This document shows positions 38,221 to 47,246 of a DNA stretch of 64,000 nt, in pieces (within the stretch, counting starts at the first letter, position 1; each line of letters starts with the position of its first letter). Under the pieces are notes generated by a model. That model did not search any database, was not told where the DNA came from, and saw nothing but the letters and a program-made list of their open reading frames with translations. Source of the stretch: Candidatus Cloacimonadota bacterium (GTDB lineage: Bacteria > Cloacimonadota > Cloacimonadia > JGIOTU-2); the NCBI GenBank assembly GCA_016932035.1, contig JAFGDR010000009.1, positions 34,845-98,844 of the forward strand. The letters are read 5' to 3'. Both the position numbers and the translations under genes were made by a program.

Positions 38221-41200
38221 ATGAAAAGATTCCTTTTAGTAATTTTGTTTAGTCTTACTATTCTCTCTCTTTCTTACGCTGGATCATTTGAAACTGTTGC
38301 TCTATCACAGGATGAAAATGTAATGAAGTGTCAATTCTCAGATTTATCAACCTCGGAGTTACAGTTTGAACTACCGGAATTTAAGCAATACTTGCATTAT
38401 GAAAAAGATGCTGACTATCTTCAAATCTCGATCCCTTCAGAAGGTTCACTTGTTCTAGAAGGATATCCAGATCTCCCTGTAATAAGCAGACTGATCGCCA
38501 TTCCTCCCCAGGGCAATGTAAATTTTGAGATTCGTAATATCTATGAAGAGGTGATTTCCAATGTAGAAATTTATCCTTATCAGGGAGAAAATAGAACCGT
38601 TGAAAGTCTCCTGAAAAATAAGCAAGTATACAACGGAACCGAACCATATCCTTTGGAGATTATTACTTTATCAGAACCACAGATACTTCGAGATCTCAGG
38701 TTGGTAAGAGTTACTATACAGCCATTTCAATATTTTCCAGCAACCAAGGAACTGCGCATCATAAAAAGCGCTGATGTTGAAGTTACGACTACAGGAAATG
38801 GTGGAACTAATGCTAAGACTTCTCAAAGAAAGATTTCACGATTCTTTGAACCGATATATAAGTCAATGGTTCTGAACTACGAACAGGTATTACCTGAAGT
38901 TGAATACCAGGAACCATGCTATCTTTTTATTTATCCGAATGATACGACTGTTCAAGCATATATGAACTATATTACTGACTGGAAGCATCAAAAGGGATTT
39001 CGTGTCGAAACAACCGACCTCGCTCACACTGGTACGAGCTCTTCTCAAATAAAAACCTTTATTCAAAATGCCTATAATACTTGGGCTTATCCTCCAGAGT
39101 TTATATGTCTTGTTGGTGATGCAGACGGTTCATATAATATTCCTACAAGTTATTATTCAAGCGGTGAGGGAGATCAATATTATACTCTTCTCGAGGGTAA
39201 CGATATACTAGCAGATGTTATAATCGGAAGACTTTCTTTTAACTCTCTCCTGGAGTTACAAACAATCATTGCTAAAATTCTAAATTATGAAAAGACTCCT
39301 TATATGGCAAGCACAGACTGGTATACAAGGGCTCTTCTCGTTGGTGATCCTTCAACATCAGGTCCTTCATGTGTTTCTACATGCAAATTTGTAAAAGAAG
39401 TAATGCAAAATTATTCAAACGAGTTTACTTATGATGAAGTGTATTCTAATCCCTTTGTTTCAGGTATTGCTAATTCGATTAATAATGGAGTAAGTTACTT
39501 TCATTATCGGGGATATTATGGCATGAGTCAATGGGATAATACTGATATTTCAAACCTCTCAAACGGTTTTCTTTTGCCATTTGCTGTCTTTCCTACCTGT
39601 GGAACAGGAGATTTTGATGGCACAACCGGTCGTTCTGAATATTTTTTGAAAGTTGGTTCACCAAGTACGCCGAAAGGTGCTATTGCGGCAATCGGTACGT
39701 CAACCTTAAGCACTCATACTTGTTTTAATAATACAGTATCAGCTGGTGTTTTTAATGGAGTTTTCAGAGACCATATTTTCAATCCTGGTGGGGCTTTAGT
39801 TCGTTCAAAACTTAGTTTGTATAATAGTTATCCAACCAATCCAAATAACTGGGTAAACTGCTTCTCATACTGGAATAATCTTATGGGAGACCCAGGAATG
39901 GAACTTTGGACAACCGTACCGATTCAAATGGTGGTAACACATCCATCTTCCATTCCAATTGGAACAAATAATATCGAGGTAGTGGTTAAAAATTCATTTG
40001 GTTTTCCGTTATCGAATGCATGGGTAACAATCCTGCAGGAAAATGACACAATTTTTGAAAGCGGTTATACTGATTCATATGGTAAAATTGTACTTCCAAT
40101 TAGTACTACCAATACCGATGATGTTACCATTACTGTAACAAAACATGACCATATACCTTATATCTCTGATTTCAGCATCGGACAAGAAGATAATTTTGCA
40201 AGCATCTCAGATATTGAAATCGATGATGATAATAGCGGCTCATCATCAGGAAACAGCGATCATCTCTTGAATCCTGGTGAAGAAGTTGAATTGGTCATTA
40301 GCTTGAAAAATCACGGAAACTACTCACTTCATAATGTCACTGCTACTCTTGAAACTGATGCTGCTGGTGTTACTATTACAGATAATACAGAAGAATATGG
40401 AACCATCAATGTCGGACAAGTAGTTGCCAGCACTGATGATTTTGATATTTCTATAGCTGAGGATGTTTTAGGGAATACAGAGGTGACATTTGAGCTTCTG
40501 ATAACTGACAGTGCTTCTAACCAATGGACAGATTGGTTTACACTGCCGATATTAGGTGCGAACCTTGATTTTTATGATTATACGATAATTGATGGCAATG
40601 ACGGCATCCTCGATCCCGGTGAAACTGCTCAATTGATCGTGACATTGAAAAATTCGGGATCTGTTAGCGCATATTCTATTGACGGGTATCTGCATAGCGA
40701 TGATGACAATATTGTTCTTAATGATAGTCTTGGATTCTGGGGTGTCGTATACTCTAATGATACTGCAACAAATAATAGTAATACTTTCGAAGTATTTGCG
40801 AACACGCAGGTAATACCGGGAAGTCAATATAATCTACCGCTTCATCTTACCAATACAGATGGCTATGATGAAGTAGTCCAGGTATCTCTCGAGGTAGGAG
40901 TTGTCGATGTTGGCGATCCGCTTGGACCTGATAAGTACGGCTATTACTGTTACGATGATGGGGATACGGATTACAGTATAGCTCCATTATATTTTTGGAT
41001 AGAAATCGATCCGGATCTTGGGGGAAATGGCACCGCGTTAAACTTGTATGATTCCGGTGATGATGGAGATATTGCTACAATAGATATTCCTTTCACCTTT
41101 ACCTTTTATGGTCGATTCTATCATACAATAACTATATGCACAAATGGCTGGATTGCGCCAGGCAGCAGCGAAGAGTTTGCTTTCATGAACAGACCCGTTC

Positions 41201-43662
41201 CTGAATCACTCGGACCGTCACCCATGATTGCTGCATTTTGGGATGACCTGAGAACAACAAGCAGCAGTGATGTTTGCTATTACTATGATTCTAATTCGCA
41301 TTATTTCGTTGTAGAATGGTCACATATGAACAATGATTATGATAACTCAGAAGAAACATTTGAAGTTATTTTATACGATCCTGCCTATTATCCAACTCCG
41401 ACTGGTGACTCAGAAATACTTGTACAGTATAAAATATTTAATAATGTCAATGCAGGTTACTATTCTGGTGGTTATATCAATCATGGAGAGTATTCAACGA
41501 TAGGTTTGGAAGATCATAGTGGACTGGTTGGTCTGCAATATAGCTTCTGCAATATCTATCCCCCTGCTGCAAGAACACTCACAAATGAATCAGCAATTCT
41601 CTTTACAACTCGTGGATCTGAAATTCTCGATCCGCCAGTTGCAAATGTAACTCCTTTACAGTTTGAATTTGACCTTGATCAAGGGCAGGTAGGACATGAT
41701 GAACTCTCAATCTCGAATCTCGGAGAATCTAATCTGATCTATTCTATCGAAAAAGATTATAATACTGAGCGCGATGCAGGTGGACCGGATAGTTATGGTT
41801 ATATGTGGTCAGATTCCAACGAACCCGGCGGACCTGTTTATGAATGGATTGATATCAGTGGAATTGGCACAGAAGTTTCTTTTAGTCATAATGATGTTGC
41901 ATCAGGTCCCTTTGATATTGGATTCGATTTTGACTTCTATGGTGAAACTTATGATGAGTTTATTTTAAGTCCCAATGGATGGATCGGATTTGGTAATGAT
42001 TGGGATGATTATCATAACTATTCAATTCCAAGAAATGATGCTCCAAAACCTGCGATTTTTGGTTTCTGGGATGATCTCGATCCTCTGCAGGGTGGTGATG
42101 TATACTATTATTCCGATGGTACAGAAAACCTTATCATCTGGTTTGATCATGTCATACATTTTCCAGGTAATACAAACGGAACATATGATTTTCAGATCAT
42201 AATCTCAAGCGACAATACGATAAAATACCAGTATAGAACTCTCAGCGGGACAATCACAAGCTGTACTGTCGGTATTCAAAACGGAACAGGCTCGGTAGGA
42301 TTAGAAGTCGTCTACAATGGTAACTACCTTCAAAATAATCTTGCAGTAGAGTTCTACAGAGTAATCGATTGGCTCAGCGTGTCTCCTTCGAGTGGAATCG
42401 TTTTTGAAGACGATACACAAATAGTAGATATCGATGTCGAAACTGATGAACTCGAATATGGTTATGAGTATTATTGTGACCTTTACTTATCAACAAATGA
42501 TCCTAATCTCACCCAAACAGTTATTCCAGTACATCTTATAGTTGGTGATATTGAACAGGGAACCGTTCAGGGAACCGTAAATTTGTTTGGAGGATCTTCT
42601 TCTCCAGATGATGTGACTATTACAATAGGGAGTACATCATTACATCCAGATCCTTCAGGATGGTATAGCACAGTAATTCCTATTGGAAATTACACATTAT
42701 CTGCCACATGTCCTGGATACGACAGTTATATTCTTGATATAAACGTTCAAGCTGATCAGATAATAATTGTGAATCCTGAGCTGGAATACATTGAAGCACC
42801 AGAGAATGTATGGGTTGAATTGTCGGAAAATTATATTGCGACAATTATATGGAATGATGTATCACAATACGATAAAGCAAGACTGTTCCAGTGCTACACG
42901 CTTGCACGGCAGATTGATGATGGCAGCTGGATTATCCTTGAGGAAGGTTTGCATGACACTATTTTTGTCGATAATCTTTATGGGCAATCTGATGGTGATT
43001 ATAAATACGGAGTGAAAGCAGTGTACGAAAACACTCAAAGCTCACTCGTGGAGTCAGAGACATTACCAATCTACCGTTTTGTCGATGTCAGGTTTGAATT
43101 TACCCTTTCTAATGGGCAAACCCCTTCTGGAATTCATTTTAACCTAACAGGTCTGGATACGATCTACACCCAGGTTTTTAATGATTCAACTGGTGTTAAT
43201 GGACTCATATCGTATCAGGATGTATTCAAAGCAGATTATCATGTGACCATTGAAAAGACTGGATTTGAAACCATCGATGAAGTCATCACGATAGATGATG
43301 AGCATACAAACTTTCAATATGCACTTCAATATATAACTGATATTGGTGATACTCCAACTCCTCTTGTAAGTAAATTAGAGCAAAATCACCCCAATCCTTT
43401 CCATCGCATCGGTTACGGACATTCTGGAACTGAAATAAACTATCATATCCATAAATCCGCGCATGTACAGGTTGAGATATATAATCTCAAAGGTGAACAT
43501 GTTGCAACGTTAGTTAGTGGCAATATGACACCGGGAATTTATTCAACCACCTGGAATGGATGTGATGAGCAAAACAAGACCGTTGGATCCGGTATATATT
43601 TCTATAGACTTATGATCGATAATATCCCAGTAGAAAGCAGAAAGTGTATTCTTATTAAATAA
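38221..43662 (+). CDS. gingipain-like cysteine peptidase (family C25) with T9SS C-terminal sorting domain
   Basis: 1813 aa; signal peptide; C25 propeptide-like N-domain 'GYPDLPVISRLIAIPPQG'; His-Gly...Cys dyad context 'HYRGYYG...FPTCGTGDF'; C-terminal ~80 aa 'NHPNPF...IYFYRLMIDNIPVESRKCILIK' is a Por_Secre_tail CTD. Confidence 0.75.
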   Translation: MKRFLLVILFSLTILSLSYAGSFETVALSQDENVMKCQFSDLSTSELQFELPEFKQYLHYEKDADYLQISIPSEGSLVLEGYPDLPVISRLIAIPPQGNVNFEIRNIYEEVISNVEIYPYQGENRTVESLLKNKQVYNGTEPYPLEIITLSEPQILRDLRLVRVTIQPFQYFPATKELRIIKSADVEVTTTGNGGTNAKTSQRKISRFFEPIYKSMVLNYEQVLPEVEYQEPCYLFIYPNDTTVQAYMNYITDWKHQKGFRVETTDLAHTGTSSSQIKTFIQNAYNTWAYPPEFICLVGDADGSYNIPTSYYSSGEGDQYYTLLEGNDILADVIIGRLSFNSLLELQTIIAKILNYEKTPYMASTDWYTRALLVGDPSTSGPSCVSTCKFVKEVMQNYSNEFTYDEVYSNPFVSGIANSINNGVSYFHYRGYYGMSQWDNTDISNLSNGFLLPFAVFPTCGTGDFDGTTGRSEYFLKVGSPSTPKGAIAAIGTSTLSTHTCFNNTVSAGVFNGVFRDHIFNPGGALVRSKLSLYNSYPTNPNNWVNCFSYWNNLMGDPGMELWTTVPIQMVVTHPSSIPIGTNNIEVVVKNSFGFPLSNAWVTILQENDTIFESGYTDSYGKIVLPISTTNTDDVTITVTKHDHIPYISDFSIGQEDNFASISDIEIDDDNSGSSSGNSDHLLNPGEEVELVISLKNHGNYSLHNVTATLETDAAGVTITDNTEEYGTINVGQVVASTDDFDISIAEDVLGNTEVTFELLITDSASNQWTDWFTLPILGANLDFYDYTIIDGNDGILDPGETAQLIVTLKNSGSVSAYSIDGYLHSDDDNIVLNDSLGFWGVVYSNDTATNNSNTFEVFANTQVIPGSQYNLPLHLTNTDGYDEVVQVSLEVGVVDVGDPLGPDKYGYYCYDDGDTDYSIAPLYFWIEIDPDLGGNGTALNLYDSGDDGDIATIDIPFTFTFYGRFYHTITICTNGWIAPGSSEEFAFMNRPVPESLGPSPMIAAFWDDLRTTSSSDVCYYYDSNSHYFVVEWSHMNNDYDNSEETFEVILYDPAYYPTPTGDSEILVQYKIFNNVNAGYYSGGYINHGEYSTIGLEDHSGLVGLQYSFCNIYPPAARTLTNESAILFTTRGSEILDPPVANVTPLQFEFDLDQGQVGHDELSISNLGESNLIYSIEKDYNTERDAGGPDSYGYMWSDSNEPGGPVYEWIDISGIGTEVSFSHNDVASGPFDIGFDFDFYGETYDEFILSPNGWIGFGNDWDDYHNYSIPRNDAPKPAIFGFWDDLDPLQGGDVYYYSDGTENLIIWFDHVIHFPGNTNGTYDFQIIISSDNTIKYQYRTLSGTITSCTVGIQNGTGSVGLEVVYNGNYLQNNLAVEFYRVIDWLSVSPSSGIVFEDDTQIVDIDVETDELEYGYEYYCDLYLSTNDPNLTQTVIPVHLIVGDIEQGTVQGTVNLFGGSSSPDDVTITIGSTSLHPDPSGWYSTVIPIGNYTLSATCPGYDSYILDINVQADQIIIVNPELEYIEAPENVWVELSENYIATIIWNDVSQYDKARLFQCYTLARQIDDGSWIILEEGLHDTIFVDNLYGQSDGDYKYGVKAVYENTQSSLVESETLPIYRFVDVRFEFTLSNGQTPSGIHFNLTGLDTIYTQVFNDSTGVNGLISYQDVFKADYHVTIEKTGFETIDEVITIDDEHTNFQYALQYITDIGDTPTPLVSKLEQNHPNPFHRIGYGHSGTEINYHIHKSAHVQVEIYNLKGEHVATLVSGNMTPGIYSTTWNGCDEQNKTVGSGIYFYRLMIDNIPVESRKCILIK

Positions 43663-43742
43663 ATCTGATCCACAAAGGCACAAAGACACGAAATAGAATA
43701 TATTATTCTTTGTGTCCTTGCACCTTGATGGCAAATAAATAA

Positions 43743-46700
43743 ATGAAATTTTTGGAGTTTTTCATGAAGACGTTTTTCATATTAACTATTGTTCTATGTG
43801 CAGTGAATATTGCTTTTGCAGATACAATAGAAAAAATTTACTATTTTGATGATCCACATTTTATCTCTGTCGATGGTAGTTATCAGGTAGTTGGTTTTGA
43901 ATCAACTATTCAATCCGCACCGGCAGGATATCCATCTTTACCTTACCATGCGATTTCATTACTATTACCCCCTGGTCATGAAGCAGTGGACATTGAGGTT
44001 TTGCCTGAGGGCAAAGAAACTCTTGCGGGAACTTACTCTCTTTATCCAGCCCAGTATGTTCAACCATATTCAAAAGAAAAATCAGGGCAATTTCTCTTAA
44101 ATCAAGACATTTATAATCAAAGTGGATCATATCCTGATAATATAAGAGGACAGCTCTCAACTGAATATATGAATGGTTTCGGATTTGCTTTTTGTGCTAT
44201 TACACCGATCGAGTATGTTCCAAAAGAACAACAACTTTCATATTATCATACTATTACCGTGAGGATCACAACCCAGATACATTCAAATAAATCATCACTT
44301 GCCATACCATCTACAGTATGTGAATCGCATTTTGAAACGATTCAAAAATTGGCTCAAAATCCTGAGATGATCACGAAATATGAACGAGATCTTCGTGACG
44401 GAGAATATGAAGTTCTCTTGATAACTCCTGAAGCATTCATAAATGATTTCTCGGACTTGATCGATATGTATCTCACTCAAGGATTACGGACTGAAATTGT
44501 AACTACTCAGACGATAGCATCAACTATGACGGGTGTTGATCTTCAGGAAAAAATCAGGAATTATATTATACAGGAATATCAAACAAACGGAATCCGATAT
44601 GTCATTCTCGGCGGAGATGATGAACATATTCCACATCGGGGTTTTTATTGCGAAGTCCAATCATCATCGTTATATACTGATGATGATATCCCTGCTGATC
44701 TATACTATTCTGCACTTGATGGAACCTGGAATGATGACAATGATAATCTTTGGGGTGAAATAGGAGAGGATGATCTTCTTCCGGATGTGTCGGTTGGGAG
44801 AATGTCATTCAGCAATTCTGCTGAACTCGCAAACATATTGAATAAATCAATGAGTTATCAGGAAAATCCTGTACTTGGGGAATTGACAAGCCCGATCTTT
44901 GCTGGTGAAGATCTGTATAACAGCCCTCAAACCTGGGGTGGTGATTATCTTGATCTTCTGATTGGTTTACGTGAAGATAATGGATATACAACCAATGGAA
45001 TCCCAGCAACTCAAAATATTGAAAAATTATATGACAGAGATCTTGGGTACTGGAGTGCATCCACACTGATAAGTAAAATAAATGAAGGAAAATCCTATGT
45101 TCACCATTCGGGTCATGCGAACCAGACATATTGCATGAGAATGGATGACAGCGATATAACAAATGCTAATTTTTCAAATGTAAATGGTACAACTCACAAT
45201 TATACACATATTTATACTCACGGTTGTCTTTCAGGTGCTTTTGATTCAAATGACTGTATTGCAGAAGATATAGTGAATTTAGAGAATTTTGCAGCATCAT
45301 TCATTGGAAATTCCAGGTATGGCTGGTTCAACGAGGGACAGACAGAAGGTCCATCCGAACATCTTCATCGTGAGTATGTTAATGCATTATATACACTAAG
45401 GAAAGACAGAATCGGAGAAGCGCACCTGTATTCGAAGATCAATACTGCTCCATGGGTGAATGCACCGGGACAGCATGAAGAAGGCGCTTTGCGATGGTGT
45501 TTCTATTGCTGTAATGTGATTGGGGATCCTGTCTTGTCCATCTGGACAGATGAACCGATCTCCATACAGGTTACTTATCCAGATAGCATTTTTATCGGTC
45601 AAACGCAAATGCAGGTTAGTATTTCAAGTTTTAGTAATGTTGAAGGTCTTGTCTGTACGATCATCAAGGACGGTATGTATCATGCTTCAGGAACAGTTGA
45701 CGCAACAGGCCTGGCAACAATCGATATTGATCCCATCTTTACAGATGTTGGGACAGCCCAATTGATCATTACCGGGTATAATTGTCTGAAAGCGAGTTAT
45801 GATATAATCATAACCCCCAGCTCGGGAGCATATGTCATCATTGATAGTGTTGCCACAAAAGACTCGAATAACAACATGCCTGAGTATGCAGAAGAAGTGA
45901 GTTTTGATTTTGTTTTGAAGAATGTCGGAACTCAGGATGCAACCAATGTAACCGCAACGATCAGTTCTGACGATGAATATATTTCCTGCTCATATTCTGC
46001 TGCCAATTTTGGTACAATTACAGCAGGTGGTATTGCTTCACAAGAAGATGTTCTACCGATCATAATTGATGAGTATATTCCGGATCAGCATGTCGCTTTA
46101 TTATCTATGAATATTTCAGCAGATGATAAGCAGTACTGGGCAACACAGTTCTCAATCATTCTTAATGCACCGGTTTTGGAAATTGGACAATGTCAAATAG
46201 ACGACAGCGCAGGCGATAATGATGGTGTGCTCGATCCTGGAGAAACAGTATTACTGACAATACCAACTCTCAACTCAGGCAATGCTACATCTCCTTCAGC
46301 CTCTTCTACTCTTAATTGCACGAACAACTTGATCACGATACAAAACTCATCTGTAAATCTCGGTGCAATTGCATCTGGAGATGCTGCTAATTCAGTTTTT
46401 ACCGTTAGTGCAAGCGATCAAATAGAAGAAGGTTCAGCTGTTACATTCGATTTTTCAGTCGATGCAGGTTTGTACGATATAGATGAAGCGATCAGCATGA
46501 CGATAGGATTAATTATCGAAGATTTTGAAACCGGAGATTTCAGCATGTTTGACTGGTATTTTAATGGAGATGCTGACTGGACAATATCAAATACGGATGT
46601 ATATGAAGGTTTCTTTTCAGCAAAATCCGGTGCAATCGAACATAGTTCTGAGACATCTCTCAAGATTGATGTCGAAGTATTTACAGATGGTGAAATCAGT

Positions 46701-47234
46701 TTCTGGAAAAAAGTATCCTCAGAAAACAATTATGATTATCTGCAATTTTACATTGATGGTTCGCTGCAGGATGAATGGAGTGGTGAGTCATCCTGGTCTG
46801 AAGAATCATATAGCGTATTAGCCGGCGTGCATACTTTTGAATGGCGCTATGACAAGGATGTCTATGTAACTGGAGGAAGCGACTGTGCATGGATCGATTA
46901 TATAATCTTCCCGCCACTTGGTGCACCAACAGCAAATGACGATCCATCAATAATAGCTCAAAATTATCTATCTGAAAACTTCCCGAATCCTTTTAATAAT
47001 TCAACCCATATACATTTTGCGATAAAGCAATCATCTCATGTTACGATTGAAATCTATAATATTTTAGGACAAAAAGTTCGAACGATAGCTGATGATGAAT
47101 TTTCTGCTGGAAATCATGAAGTACAATGGGATGGACGGGATGCTTTTGAACGAAAAGCTGCAAATGGAGTATATTTTTATAAAATGAATACAGATACATT
47201 CAATCAAACAAGAAAAATGATATTGATGAAATAA
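43743..47234 (+). CDS. gingipain-like C25 cysteine peptidase with T9SS CTD and a jelly-roll-like domain shared with the M14 protein at 52602
   Basis: 1163 aa; 'GYPSLPYHAISLLLPPG' propeptide; 'HHSGHAN...YTHGCLSGAFD' His/Cys context; CTD 'ENFPNPFN...GVYFYKMNTDTFNQTRKMILMK'. Confidence 0.75.
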   Translation: MKFLEFFMKTFFILTIVLCAVNIAFADTIEKIYYFDDPHFISVDGSYQVVGFESTIQSAPAGYPSLPYHAISLLLPPGHEAVDIEVLPEGKETLAGTYSLYPAQYVQPYSKEKSGQFLLNQDIYNQSGSYPDNIRGQLSTEYMNGFGFAFCAITPIEYVPKEQQLSYYHTITVRITTQIHSNKSSLAIPSTVCESHFETIQKLAQNPEMITKYERDLRDGEYEVLLITPEAFINDFSDLIDMYLTQGLRTEIVTTQTIASTMTGVDLQEKIRNYIIQEYQTNGIRYVILGGDDEHIPHRGFYCEVQSSSLYTDDDIPADLYYSALDGTWNDDNDNLWGEIGEDDLLPDVSVGRMSFSNSAELANILNKSMSYQENPVLGELTSPIFAGEDLYNSPQTWGGDYLDLLIGLREDNGYTTNGIPATQNIEKLYDRDLGYWSASTLISKINEGKSYVHHSGHANQTYCMRMDDSDITNANFSNVNGTTHNYTHIYTHGCLSGAFDSNDCIAEDIVNLENFAASFIGNSRYGWFNEGQTEGPSEHLHREYVNALYTLRKDRIGEAHLYSKINTAPWVNAPGQHEEGALRWCFYCCNVIGDPVLSIWTDEPISIQVTYPDSIFIGQTQMQVSISSFSNVEGLVCTIIKDGMYHASGTVDATGLATIDIDPIFTDVGTAQLIITGYNCLKASYDIIITPSSGAYVIIDSVATKDSNNNMPEYAEEVSFDFVLKNVGTQDATNVTATISSDDEYISCSYSAANFGTITAGGIASQEDVLPIIIDEYIPDQHVALLSMNISADDKQYWATQFSIILNAPVLEIGQCQIDDSAGDNDGVLDPGETVLLTIPTLNSGNATSPSASSTLNCTNNLITIQNSSVNLGAIASGDAANSVFTVSASDQIEEGSAVTFDFSVDAGLYDIDEAISMTIGLIIEDFETGDFSMFDWYFNGDADWTISNTDVYEGFFSAKSGAIEHSSETSLKIDVEVFTDGEISFWKKVSSENNYDYLQFYIDGSLQDEWSGESSWSEESYSVLAGVHTFEWRYDKDVYVTGGSDCAWIDYIIFPPLGAPTANDDPSIIAQNYLSENFPNPFNNSTHIHFAIKQSSHVTIEIYNILGQKVRTIADDEFSAGNHEVQWDGRDAFERKAANGVYFYKMNTDTFNQTRKMILMK

Positions 47235-47246
47235 AAGGAGATTTGA

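Noticed and set aside
43663-43742. Imperfect hairpin (cacaaaga...tctttgtg) between the first and second C25 genes as a terminator
   Set aside because: Long ~20-nt loop and no downstream T-run; at best a weak pause site or processing site.
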